Assembly (NCBI GenBank): GCA_964016885.1
Contig: OZ024740.1
Location: 235,538,001 to 235,602,000, forward strand
Direction: 5' to 3'
Length of the DNA: 64,000 bases
Source of the DNA: Eledone cirrhosa
Lineage: Eukaryota
Made by a program: the position numbers and the translations under genes
Part shown: in pieces, positions 13,170 to 26,295 of the stretch
Layout of the letters: each line of letters opens with the position of its first letter
How positions within the stretch are numbered: the stretch's first letter is position 1
The notes under the pieces: model-generated
What the model was told of the DNA's origin: nothing
What the model saw: the letters and a program-made list of their open reading frames with translations, nothing else
Databases searched by the model: none

Positions 13170-14077
13170 GGGTGTGTATATTTTAAGTAGTGCCTGTATT
13201 GTTGATATATTACGGCTTGCCATTCTCAACTATGGCAGCAGTAATGGCGCCAGAATAATCAATAATGTTCCAATAATGGTAGGTTAAGGAAGAAATAACA
13301 TAGGAACCGAGCAGAAGAAAATCAGGGAGGGTGGAGGGTGGAATGCAATCCAAAAAGAAATGAAAATAAAACAAAAAAAAACCCCACCGCCACTGATAAA
13401 ACAAGCTACATAAATTGAAATCTTTGAGGAGCTGATGGAAAGAATCTAGGAAGAAAAAGACAAAAAGAAAGAATAAGAATGAAATGTGGCAAGGATGCTG
13501 TGAGGCAAGGGTTGTAGTGGTGGTAGTGGTGGTAGAAGAATGTTTCCTTTTGCATTATCTTAAATAATTCCAAGACAGGTTGGAATGCATGGAAACTTGT
13601 TGAGCTCGACTTGTTTGCTGAGCGGAGCGGAGCCGAAGAAGAATCTGTGACAAGAATATTGGTTTTGTTGTTGTTCTTCATTCTTCTGACATATTTTTCT
13701 CCTTCAGGCGGCGATAATGGTCCTCTATAGTTGCTGGAGATGTTCTGTGGGGAATAGGAGGTGGAAGTAGTAGTGGTTATGGTAGTGAATGTATCTTCTT
13801 TTTATTATTTACTCAGTAATACAGACATTCAATGCCATTTCCAGTGAATCAATGAAACATAACATTGACTTAATTAGTTTTCATTCATTTCTTTTTATCC
13901 TTTATTCTTTCATGTTTTTTTCTTTCTTAAAGTATTATTCTGCCATTGGTTTATACTTTTTTCTTTTTTCACAGTATTCTTTTACAATTTTATACCTTTA
14001 CAAATTTACTCTTTAACAGCCCCAGTTTTTGATAGCCCACTCCTTCAAAGCTCCTCTCTGTCATAATTCTCTTCTTT

Positions 14078-15024
14078 AAAAGAACCTCCCTTTCAGAGTT
14101 TCATCCCTTCACAGCTCCTCTTTTTCATATCTTTGCTTCTTAACAAGTTTACTCTTTTATAGTTTTTTATGTTTGTTTGTTGTAAAACTATTAATGTTGA
14201 TGCAGTAGGGCCAGTCCTGTATCATTTGTAGCTGTTCTCAGATGAAATTTCTGTAGACCGGATATTGTTAGAGAGGCTTTGGGAATAAAGGATTGAACAA
14301 AATGTTAGTGTAGAATTTGATTGGAGTAAAGCAGCAGGATGACAAGGGGAAGACAGTTGGGTGTTGAAAGGAACAAAAGCCATTTTAATAGTTGTTATTG
14401 TTTAGCTCAAGTTAGTCCTAATTGAGTACACCTATTGTCAAAGGAATACCAACCATGACTATTCCATGTTTTTTCCAGGTGTAGTGTACCTTGAACTACT
14501 CCCCTTGCATTCCTCTCTTGTACTGACCACAAACACTGCCTACCTCTTCTAACACCCAATAGCTATGCAAAACATTAATAAGTAACCTGTCATTGCTAGA
14601 CTGTCAACCTTGCTATGTAGAATGGTGGCAGCTGATATACATCCTTATCTGTTTTTAGCCTGTCAAAGCTGGCAATGTTAGGCTGTCTATTGACTCACAT
14701 GGAACAACAAACAAGAAAATATGTTGTCACTGAACTACCAACTTTAGTGATCTAAACTGACCTATGATAGATCTGAATGATTCTCATTTAGTAGCAATAT
14801 TTAACATTTTCACCACTTTGATCCCAAGGCATCTAGAGATTTTGATGTTGTTCTTTATGTCTAAGAAACTTAAAGTTATGAAAGAGTAAGTCATTGTTAA
14901 TTCACATACATACGTAATTCAAGGCTTTAGTCAAAGTTTAAAGTACTAATAGTTTCATAGGCTAATCTGTTGTAGTTACATATGAATATCTAATTAAGAA
15001 GCCATGTTTCTGGGATTGGTCTAC
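14078..15024 (+). repeat. Copy 2 of the ~945-bp direct duplication
   Basis: Matches 11234-12180. Confidence 0.95.
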
Positions 15025-15062
15025 TCCTCGACCATTGCAACCATATATATATATATATACAT

Positions 15063-15345
15063 ACACCGGGTGATGTGTTGTTTCCTTGAGCAAGACACTT
15101 TATTTCACATTGCTCCAATTTACTCAGCTGTAGAAATGAGATGATAGGGACTGAGGTCCATATCATTCCACTGCAAAGTGGTCGTGGAGGTGCCATGGCA
15201 AAAAAGCTCCCAGCACTCACTGTAAATGAGGTTGGTGTTAGGAAGGGCATCCAGCTGTAAAAATCAAGCCAGAATCAGTTCTCATCCCACCCTTGCAAGC
15301 ATGGAAAAGAGGACATAAAATGATGATGATGATGATGATGATGAT
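15063..15345 (+). mobile_element. 5'-truncated family A SINE
   Basis: Starts at ACCGGGTGATGTGTTG, has the CORE-like segment and tail, ends in (ATG)n. Confidence 0.88.
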
Positions 15346-17279
15346 ACACACATATCCATGCAAGCATGGAAAATGGACATTAAATGGTGATGATGATGAT
15401 GATATATATGTATATATATTTGATATATCCATATTCAATCCTTCCATCATCACCCATCTACCATTACAACCTTACCCTTCTATCATTTCACCTAACTCTC
15501 ATCCTGACCACTGTTTAACAATCGATAGTATCACATCTATCAAGATCCAGTACTGTCACCCTCCCCTCTAACCATAATTTTCATGTCTCTATGAGACAGT
15601 TTCTTTGTGGACATTTACCACTTCCACTTACCATCAACTATATCTGTTGATATCCATCACTCATGTTCATATTCAATATCCTCACCCTCAACCACTTACC
15701 ATTATTTTCTTTCCCTTATAAGATGCTTAGCTGACACTCACCATTCGCACTTATCATCATAAACATCTGTTGTTATCCATCATTAGCCCTCTCCTACCAT
15801 GACACATCCCTATTACTATCCAACTACATTGCTCATGCTGTTTTCTACTAAAATTCCTACCAACTACCAACATGAAATTACATTCTCTCTCTCCCCATCC
15901 CCCCTCTCTCTCTCTTCTCCTAATCTGTTACTTTTCCCTTTACAATCATATTCATTCTCCCTTCTCTTTAAATCTTTTCAACCTCACCACCCTTCTAATT
16001 TCAATCTTAGGCTCATTAACCTTGAAAGAACTTAGACAAGGCAAAATTGGTACCACTTTAAAATAAACCCATTTGGTCAGTGATCAAATGAAGATGATGT
16101 AGGGTAGAGAGAACTTTTCAGCTGTGTCAAGGACATGATAACCTTCCTAGTGCTGGTGCAATAAAATGAACATTCTGTAAAGGGATTGGTGATAGGAATA
16201 GCATCCAGCTGTAGAAATCCTGCTAAAACCAGAAAGTCTGTGAGACTTAACTACCAGCCCATCTGGGAGGACAGTCATCATCACCTTTTATCTATTTTCC
16301 ATGCTTGGTTAGACGGTTGTCACGCTATGAGGCTAGCCAAGTCAGGTGACCACGTCCTACTTGTAGAGATTTGTTTTGGGTTTGGTTGCTACGGCTTGAT
16401 GCTCTACTATATTACAGTGCATACTGGGAGCTTTTTTGTTGTAGGGGAGGAGGAGGCAAAGAGTACATCCTCATCATTGTTAGACGTCTATGCCCAACGT
16501 TCTTATGCCCAACTAGGCCAGATTGGTGCCCATGTCCAGTTCATACATTCCATTTTTGCTTGGGCATGGTCTCTCTAGCCAGATGGCTTTCAGAACCTGA
16601 ACCAAGCAATTTATTGTGGTATAAGGTGGCGTATGTCTATCTTTCCATGTTGACATAGGTGAAGGGGGCTACCTTTCCATAGTGGAAGAAGTTGGATGAA
16701 TAATTGGGGGGGGGGGGGATTGCTTTTCATGCTGGCAAGAATTGTTAGATGCACAAAGGATGAAGTGGGGTGTGGGGATGGTGGAAGTGAATGGGGAGGT
16801 CTAAGGTCTTAAATAATGAGGGGGGAGGTGATGGATGAGTATTAAGATAGTGATGGTGAGGGTGAGAGTGATGCTAGAGATGATGATATCATTAAGTATG
16901 TCAATGGTAGTATTATGTAAGTAATATTGATGACAATGATACACTCTAGTGGTTCTGATGACAATACTCTCCTCCACGACTCCTCCAGCTCTCTTCTCTA
17001 CTCCACTACATTTTCTAGCCTGAAGTGTCACTCACTCTTTGCAGCCTGGTGCAATACTGCATCATCTTAAGAACAAACTGCATTTCTTGCTCATTAGACA
17101 ATTGATGCAACTCTTCTTTTGCTGATGCATTCTACTTCAGCTGCACTGCTCAGGTGTTAATTGCATATTACATTGCATTGCTTGTGCGTGTGTTTGAGTA
17201 GATATATGTACATATGTACATATATCTCATGCACACATATGCATATATATGTACATATGCTGCATAAATATACTCATGC

Positions 17280-17636
17280 ACACATAGACATATGTATGTA
17301 CACATAAATACACTCACACATATATTCATATACATGTACATACACATAAATACACCCACATACACACATATATTCATATATATGTACATACACATAAATA
17401 CACTCACACATATATGTACATACACATAAATACACTCACATATATATGTACATACACATAAATACACTCACACATATATGTACATACACATAAATACACT
17501 CACACATATACATAAATATGTACATACACATAAATACACTCACACACATATGTACATACACATAAATACACACACACATATATGTACATACACATAAATA
17601 CACACACACACATATATACATATATATGCACATACA
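17280..17636. repeat. ~30-34-bp AC-rich minisatellite (TGTACATACACATAAATACACTCACACATATA)
   Basis: Tandem units. The same unit resumes at 18025-18047, 22291-22406 and 23778-24200, between insertions. Confidence 0.9.
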
Positions 17637-18025
17637 CAGGTGCATGGCTTAGTGGTTAGAGCATTGGCCTTGTAATCGAAAGGTTGTGAGTTCAATTCTC
17701 GGACCGGGTGATGTGTTGTTTTCTTGAGCAAGACACTTTATTTCACATTGCTCCAGTTTACTCAGCTGTAGAAATGAGATGATAGGGACTGGAGTCCCTA
17801 TCATTCCACTGCAAAGTGGTCGTGGAGGTGCCACGGCAAAAAAGCACCCAGCACTCACTGTAAATGAGGTTGGTGTTAGGAAGGGCATCCAGCTGTAGAA
17901 ATCAAGCCAGAATCAGTCCCTGTATGAGCAAGACAAGGTCAGCTGACCGGACACTGCCCACAAAAGGACAACCCATCTAACCCATGCTAGTGTGGAAAAC
18001 GGACGTAAAATGATGATGATGATGA
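17637..18025 (+). mobile_element. Family A SINE with alternative 3' tail
   Basis: tRNA head with A/B boxes, CORE-like segment, tail, (ATG)n end. Confidence 0.9.
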
Positions 18026-18441
18026 TACACATAAATACATTCACACATCATCATCATCATCATCATCGTTTAACGTCCGTGTTCCACGCTTGCATGGGTT
18101 TGGACGGGGGTTTTCCCACTTGAGGCAAGAGTGATTGTCTTGCTCGCATAGGACTGTCTGGCAGGTTTTCTACAGTTGGATGCCCTTCCTAACACCAACC
18201 ACATTTACAGTGTGGGTCTGGGAGGTTTTTACCGTGTTGCCTACACGGCCACATTACAGCGTGGACTGTGTGTTTTTTTTTTGTCGTGACACCTACACGA
18301 TCTCATTTGTTTCGGCCTGGATGGTGTGGCACCAACATAACTTTACATAGAAGGGGGGCGGTGTGGATGGGGTGGGGGTGGTGGGACGGGGGTGTATTTT
18401 GTTAGAGATGCCTACTGACTGTAGTAGGTTTTACTTTGTAT

Positions 18442-18879
18442 TTAGGTAAGGCGGGTCTTCTCTATTACTGAGTACCGCCAAAGGTCTCGGTCCAGTGACA
18501 TTTTCTTGGTGAGGTGTAAGTGTGTGAGGTCGGAGTTTATCAGCTCGTCCCAGGTTTTTCTGGGTCTGCCTATTCCGTGGCTACCGTCTATCTTTATTGC
18601 CCTGCACTTTGTTATACAGCTATCGTCCTTCATGCGCATCACGTGACCATACCAACGTAGCCTTCTCTCGAGTAAACAACATCTGATCCCTCTTATTTCT
18701 AATTTTTTCCTTAGTTCGTTTATGCTTTGTCGTTCACGTATATTACTATTACACATCCAGCGGAGCATGCAAGCTTCGTTTCTCTCTAGTCTGCGTATAT
18801 CCTCTGCACACAATGCCCAGGTCTCACTGCCATGCAACATTGCTGTTCGTATGCAGGCATCGTACAACCTGCCTTTCAT
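18442..18879 (-). pseudogene. RTE ORF C-terminal segment
   Basis: MLHGSETW, RRLRWYGHVMRM, GRPRKTW. Confidence 0.92.
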
Positions 18880-18933
18880 TTTTAGGGAGAACCCTTTAGC
18901 GGCTAATAGTGGTATAAGCTCTCTGAACTTTTT

Positions 18934-20103
18934 CTACCCAGTTCTGACTCTAGCTACTGTACTTTCAGAGCACCCTCCCCCACTGCTGATTTTGTCACCC
19001 AGGTAACAGAAGCTGTCCACTATTTCTATAGAACCCTCTGCGCAGTTGAAAGAGCTAGTATTTTGTGGGCACTTGCTGCTACTTATTGCCCCAGAACACC
19101 GGCCACATGTAAAATCTATGTTCTTAGTTAGCTTACCTGTGATCCCACTACATCTTTTATGAACCCAAACTTTGCATTTGGGACACAAAATGGAATTTCT
19201 ACCTACGCCTTTCCTACACTCTGCGCATGGCCACTTCCCGGAGGGGACCGCCGCCTTATTTTCTTTCTTACAAACTAGAACTTTAGTCTTAGCCAGGTTA
19301 ATTTTAAGGCCTTTTGATTCTAGCCCGTGCTTCCATGCTGGGAATTTCTTCTCTAGCTCGGCCATTGATTCAGCTATGAGCGTTAGATCATCTGCGTATA
19401 GGAGTTCCCATGGGCAGCCAGTCTTGAACTCCACTGTTATAGCCTGGAGGGCAATAATAAATAGTAGGGGGCTAAGAACAGAGCCCTGATGAACACCAAC
19501 TTTTACACTAAACTCTTCACTATATTCGTTGTTAATTCTAACCTTGCTGACTGTTTCTTTATACATGGCTTGTATAGCTCTCACAAGCCATTCATCGACA
19601 CCTAGTTTTCTAAGAGCCCACCAGATAATGGAACGGGGGACTCTGTCGAAGGCCTTCTCCAAGTCGACGAAAGCTAAGTATAGGGGTTTACTTTTAGCTA
19701 GGTACTTCTCCTGTAGTTGTCGTACAATGAAAAGAGCGTCTGTGGTACTTTTTCCTGACACAAACCCGAACTGCATTTCATCTATATCAATTCGCTCTCT
19801 GATTAGTTGCGCTATTACTTTTTCCGTGACCTTCATGACCTGGTCGATTAATTTAATGCCTCTATAGTTACTCCTATCTAGGGCGTCTCCTTTACCCTTA
19901 TAACAGTTAACGATAATGCTGCTACGCCAGTCCTTCGGAACAACCCCATTCTGTATGACTTGGTTGACTATCCGGGTGACCATGGTGTGTCCCACCGTAC
20001 CAGATGCCTTCAGCATCTCGGCAACTATTTCCGAAGGCCCAGCCGCCTTGCCTGTCTTCATATCTTTGATTGCCTTACTTATTATACTACCCTCGACTAA
20101 CAC
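18934..20103 (-). pseudogene. RTE ORF segment: reverse transcriptase with PHD finger
   Basis: NYRGIKL, QFGF, FVDLEKAFDRVP, GVHQGSVLSPLLF, LLYADD, FCYLG. Ends at TAG where the sister copy has TGG. Confidence 0.95.
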
Positions 20104-20195
20104 TGCTGGTCCCTCTATTGGGTCGATGTGGGGGAGACTGTCTTTCTCCCATTTATTCTCCTCATTGAGTAGCCTTTCATAGTGACACTTCCAAG

Positions 20196-21416
20196 CTACC
20201 TTCTTATCGGCGTCGTGATGGCAAGTACGCCATCATCGTTAAGTACACACTTCTCCCCGACAATATCACTGTTTTCCTTGACACATTGCCTAGCAATCCT
20301 GAACACCTCACGTTTTTGGTCCTCACGTTGTAGAACATGCTTGAACTTTCTTTCCTCTGCTTCCCTTCTTGCGAAGTACACTTGTCTCCTAGCTTCCCTC
20401 CTGGCCACTTGATGGTCTTCTCTGCTTCCCCCATCCCACCATACTTTCCAAGCCTGCTTTTTGGCCTTAATTGACCCCTCCACCTTACTGTTCCACCACC
20501 ATGTTACTCTCCTCCTGCCTACAGGCCTGCTCCAGCCACAGACTTCGTCTGTCGCCGTCAGCAGGTTTGTTTTCAGGAATTCCCACTGTTCCTCTACCTT
20601 GTACGACTCTATTTGCTCTTCCTTACTGTCGAAAGCATCAAGTAATATGCTTTGGAATTTATTTTTGGCTGTGGGGTCCTTTAGCTTCCATATTTTTCTC
20701 CTGAGGGTAGTCCTCTTCTGTTGCCTAGTACGTCTCGTCCTGACTATTAGGTCGCTAATTATCACTCTATGTTGGGAGGTGCATTCTTGATGGGGGAGGG
20801 ATTTAGTGTTTACAACAGTCACTTTGTCACGTCTTCTGGTAAGGATATAATCTACCTGGCTGGTATGTTCCCCTGAACTGTAGGTGATCAAGTGATTGTC
20901 TCGTTTTTTGAAGTTAGTGTTGCAGATAGTTAGGTTATTTGCGTCACAGAATTCCAGGATTCTGGAGCCTTCCTCATTTCTAGTACCAAACCCATAGCCT
21001 CCATGGATTTCGTCGTAGCCGTCACAATGTTGTCCAACGTGACCGTTTAGGTCGCCTGCAATAATTATATAGTCACTGTCGGTTATTTGGGAGGTAGTGA
21101 GCATCAGTGACTCATAGAATCTGTCTTTTATAGTGCTGGGCAGTCCGGATTGGGGTGCGTACGCGGATATTGCTGTCACCGTGGTTCTGTTGAGGACAAG
21201 TCTTATTTTAATTATTCTGTCGTTCACTCTATTTACGTCTATTATCTTATCTGCCCACTTTTCTGCTACCATGATTCCTACCCCACCCAGCCCATTGTCG
21301 TTTCCCACCCAGAAAAGCTTATAGCATCGTTTTCTACCCACAATGAATCTAGCAGATCCACCCCTCCACCTGGTCTCTTGAATACAACAAACATCGACCT
21401 CCTTACGTTCAAGCAT
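20196..21416 (-). pseudogene. RTE ORF segment: apurinic-like endonuclease plus linker
   Basis: DVCCIQETRW, SAYAPQ, AGDLNGHVG, SQVDYIL, SQHR, TWWWN. The N-terminal GTLNVGTL lies in another frame (ORF 21278-21649). Confidence 0.92.
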
Positions 21417-22406
21417 TTCTTTAAGGTGCCTACATTCAAGGTACCAAATCTGAAGTTTTGGATTGCGTTTGGGGGGTGGGAAAGGTGGGGAGAGGGGGGA
21501 GATGGAGTTGTGTTAGCCATCCGCGGCCGAAACAAAGAGGCATGTTCGCATTCTCGTCCACGAGGTGTGTTTGTCTTTAACTTTGGCATTGTCGCTGAGC
21601 GTCCAGATTTTTCTCTCTTCAACTCTCCGGAACTCCGTAGTCCTTCCATCCTACATACCGAAGGCGACCAGGTAAGCGATAGTATAGGCCTCTGGCTTAT
21701 GATTGGTCCACGTGATAATAATGGTGGTGCGTGGGGGCGGGAGGGAGGGGTGTTGAGTTGTTAGCGAGAAGAATAGGTTTAAGTTAGATCCTAGTATTTT
21801 ACGAACGTAAACAAAAATACAAGATTTGTTTAGTAAGATACGTCAAAAACTTCCGTATTTTACAAGCAGGACAAAATACAAGAGATTTGTTTTGGAAAAT
21901 ACAGGAGGAAATAGGTTTGGAAGGACTATGGAATAAGCGGATGTTAGAAAGCTAGAAAAATGAGTACATTACATTTTACCATGAAAGAGAATCTGCCACG
22001 AATTGGCGAAAGTGAGTTACTTTATCTTATATATGTATATGGATAGAGAGAGAGAGAGAGAGGGGGGGGGGTTGACCGCATGTTGTAGAGTGTGGTGGAG
22101 AAGATATTAGGGAGCGGGAAAATTAAGGGTTTGAAATAATAACAAATATATTTAAAATATTGTTAAGAGTTTGAAGTATCAAATATATTTAAAATATTTG
22201 TATATGAGAAGAATAGAATAGGTTTAAGTTAGATCCTAGTATTTTACGAACGTAAACAAAAATACAAGATTTGTTTAGTAAGATACGTCATATACATATA
22301 TATGTACATACACATAAATACACTAACACACACACATATATCCATATATATGTGTACATACACATGAATACACTCACATGCACACATATACATATATATG
22401 TACATA

Positions 22407-23777
22407 TATGAGTTCAAGACCGGCTGCCCATGGGAATTCCTATACGCAGATGATCTAACACTCATAGCTGAATCAATGGCCGAGCTAGAGAAGAAATTCC
22501 AAACATCGAAGCACGGCCTAGAATCAAAAGGCCTTAAAATTAACCTGTCTAAGACTAAAGTTTTAGTTTGTAGGAAAGAAAATAAGGCGCCGGTCCCTTC
22601 CGGGAAATGGCCATGCTCAGTGTGTAGGAAAGGAGTAGGTAGAAACTCCATTTTATGTCCCAAATGCAAAGTATGGGTGCATAAAAGATGTAGTGGGATC
22701 ACAGGTAAGCTAACTAAGAACATAGATTTTACATGTGGCCGGTGCTCTGGTACAATAAGTAGCAGCAAGTGCCCACAAAATACTAGCTCTTTCAATTGCG
22801 CAGAGGGTTCTATAGAAATAGTGGACAGCTTCCGTTACCTGGTGACAAAATCAGCAGTGGGGGAGGGTGCTCTGAAAGTAGAGTAGCTAGAGTCAGAACT
22901 GGATGGAAAAAGTTCAGAGAGCTTATACCACTATTAGCCGCTAAAGGGTTCTCCCTAAAAATGAAAGGCAGGTTGTATGATGCCTGCATATGAACAGCAA
23001 TGTTGCATGGCAGTGAGACCTGGGCATTGTGTGCAGAGGATATACGCAGACTAGAGAGAAACGAAGCTTGCATGCTCCGCTGGATGTGTAATAGTAATAT
23101 ACGTGAACGGCAAAGCATAAACGAACTAAGGAAAAAATTAGAAATAAGAGGGATCAGATGTTGTTTACTCGAGAGAAGGCTACGTTGGTATGGTCACGTG
23201 ATGCGCATGAAAGACGACAGCTGTATAACAAAGTGCAGGGTAATAAAGATAGATGGTAGCCTCGGAGTAGGCAGACCCAGAAAAACCTGGGACGAGCTGA
23301 TAAATTCCGACCTCACACACTTACACCTCTCCAAGACAATGTCACTGGACCGAGACCTTTGGCGGTACTCAGTAATCGAGAAGACCCGCCTTACCTAAAT
23401 ACAAAGTAAAACCTACTACAGTCAGTAGGCATCTCTAACAAAATACACCCCCATCCCACCACCCCATCCACACCGCCCCTTCAATGTAAAGTTATGTTGG
23501 TGCCACACCATCCAGGCCGAAACAAATGAGATCGTGTAGGTGTCACGACAAAAAAAAAAACACACAGTCCACGCTGTAATGTGGCCGTGTAGGCAACACG
23601 GTAAAAACCTCCCAGACCCACACTGTAAATGTGGTTGGTGTTAGGAAGGGCATCCAGCTGTAGAAAACCCGCCAGACAGTCCTATGCGAGCAAGACAATC
23701 ACTCTTGCCTCAAGTGGAAAAACTCCCGTCCAAACCCATGCAAGCGTGGAACACGGACGTTAAATGATGATGATGAT
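22407..23777 (+). mobile_element. 5'-truncated RTE LINE, inverted sister of 18047-19430
   Basis: EFKTGCPWEFLYADD..PHD..RRLRWYGHVMRM, same 3' UTR and (ATG)n. 1-bp deletion near 22840 and CGA>TGA near 22991. Confidence 0.95.
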
Positions 23778-24259
23778 ATGTATAAATACACTCACACATA
23801 CACACATATACATATATATGTACATACACAGAAATACACTCATACACACACACACACACACACACATACATATACATATATATACACTCACACACACACA
23901 CACACACATATACATATATATTTACATACACATAAATACACTCATACACACACGCATATATATATATGTACATACACAAAAATACACACTCACACACACA
24001 CATATATACATATATATGTACATACACATAAATACATTCATACACACACACACAGACATATACATATATATGTACATACACATAAATACATTCATACACA
24101 CACTTATACATATATATGTACATACACATAAATACACTCATACACACACATATACATATGTGTGCATACACATAAATACACTTACACACACACGCACTCA
24201 TATACTTCAGTTTTTCTTTTTTTCTCTCACGCTCTCACATTATATTTATATATATATAG

Positions 24260-24425
24260 AGGGTTGTGATGCCATGCTTTCCAGCATAGTTGCGTCCCTT
24301 AATGATCTGAGTTCAAATCCCGCCGAGGTTGACTTTGCCTTTCAACCTTACAGGGTCGATAAAATAAAGTACCAGTAATGCACTGGGTAATTGCTGGCTT
24401 TGTGCCAAAAAGTAGAAACAATTAT
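24260..24425 (+). mobile_element. tRNA-derived SINE family B (Meta-like core)
   Basis: GAGTTCAAATCC B-box, CTTTGCCTTTCA..GGGTCGATAAAATAAAGTACCAG core, tail TTGTGCCAAAAAGTAGAAACAATTAT. Confidence 0.8.
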
Positions 24426-25039
24426 ATTTATATATATATATATATATAAATATTTAAAGATGAGCATGTATGTATGTATATATTTATATATATGTATGTA
24501 TATTCCAAGTAGTCAACCAAAGTTTTGTACCTATGTTGTTGAAATTTTGCGTAAGGCTCATCCTTTCAATAAGAAGGTCATAGTGTGACTTTTTCTGAAT
24601 ATTATTGCTTTTACCACCTGCCAGAAAAACTAAGAAAATCTCAAATATAGTGATAGAAATTGGAAAAAATAACCAATTAGAAAAATAATTAATTTAAAGT
24701 AATTATGAATCTTGTTAGAGAAGGTGGCATAATAAAACTCACCAGTACACTCTGTAAAGTGGTAGATGATAGAAAGGGCATTCAACTGTAGAAAATATAA
24801 GGGTATGAGGACTCTTCAATTGTGTCAAAGAAATGACAGTCTTCCTAGTGGTTGTGTCAGGATAAAATGCATCCATTGCACCCTGTTGAGTGTGTGAATG
24901 TATGTTAACAAGATGTGACCTCCACCTTGATTGTGAGGTCAGTGGTTCCGATTTAGTACTGATTTGGTCAGTGAGAACTCATCTAGCCCTTGCTACCAGG
25001 GAAAATGGAAATTAGATGATGATGTTGATGACAGTACAG

Positions 25040-25380
25040 TATTTTGGAATATGGCATTTATGCAAACTGAACAAATTACCTCATTCTGAGAAATGATATG
25101 AGCATAAGCCTGATTCAGTGATAGAAAACGACCGGGTAAAGGTGCTGTGGTATTTGAGGATACAAATGGACAAAGAATTAGAACAGAATAGGCCTGACCT
25201 GGTGGGTTTTGATAAGGAAAAAAGATCTTGCGTGATTATAGATGTTGCTGCTCCTTTGACACAAGAGTGCAAGAGAAGTAGGAGAAAATTAACTGGTATC
25301 AGGATTTAAAGTGGAAACTGAAAAGGATTTGGAACTGTCATGAGGTCAAGGTTGTCCCCATCATCATAGGAGCACCCTCG
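25040..25380 (+). mobile_element. R4/Dong-like retrotransposon restriction-like endonuclease fragment
   Basis: IENDRVKVLW..QMDKELEQNRPDLVGFDKEKRSCVIIDVAAP (PD..D motif), then VVPIIIGA. Confidence 0.85.
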
Positions 25381-26219
25381 CCAGATCAAATAATATTTCT
25401 TTTTGCATCTATCATTTCTTCACCTGAACCTCCATTAATACTGCGTATGTCCTTCATCACTTGTCCAAGATTCTGCACAATGGGACTGAACTTGGAACCG
25501 CATGGTTGTGAAGCAAACTTCTTAACCACACAGCTACGTCTGTGTACAAATATCATCATTGTTATCACATGTCCTTTTTCCATGCTGAACACAGGTCAGA
25601 CAGGTTGTCATATGACTATGTCTTGCTCATACATTTTATTTAACAAGGTTTCTATGGCTGGATGCCTATCCTAATGCCAACTATTTTACAGCATATACTA
25701 GGTGCATTTTATCATGACACCAGCACTATTATTTTAAAGAATGGGCTAGGATCCTTTTATTATGTTGCCACCATTACCACTTTACGGTGGGGACCAGGTG
25801 CATTTTATACATTTTATTGTGACACCAGAGGCAGTGATGTGTGTGGGTTGGGAAGTGAGGGAGAACTTGCCAAAAGTGTGATTGAGGAGGTGAAGCAGTA
25901 GCAGCTACATGTTGCTTATCAAAGGGAACAAGTGTTTGGATTGTGGCGGACTCCTTGAAGATAGAAAAAGGGATTAGCACCTTATCATGGGGTGTGACAA
26001 GGGGGTGCAAAGAGGTTCATAAGATGAGTATATACAGATCTGATGTCCTACTTGTATGTGTGGGTAGCTATCCTCCAGTCATGTGGACAGATGGTAAGGG
26101 AATGGAAAGAGAAGGAAACAGTATAATCCATAAAATATCCTATTTCACTTTTAAAATATTAACCTGTTTTGTTGTTGATGTAGATTATCCTTATTTTCCT
26201 TGGACTGTATATATTTCCT

Positions 26220-26253
26220 TATGTGTGTGTGTGTGTGTGTATGTGTGTGTATA

Positions 26254-26295
<42 letters not shown>

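Larger units (their letters stand above)
18047..22290 (-). mobile_element. Near full-length young RTE-clade LINE (APE-RT with inserted PHD finger)
   Basis: Minus-strand APE and RT ORFs, 3' UTR sharing the SINE tail, (ATG)n terminus at 18047-18067, 5' UTR with a 76-bp direct repeat. About three lesions. Confidence 0.95.

Noticed and set aside
11234-15024. LTR retrotransposon reading of the 945-bp direct repeats
   Set aside because: No TG..CA termini, TSD, primer-binding site or gag/pol remnant seen.
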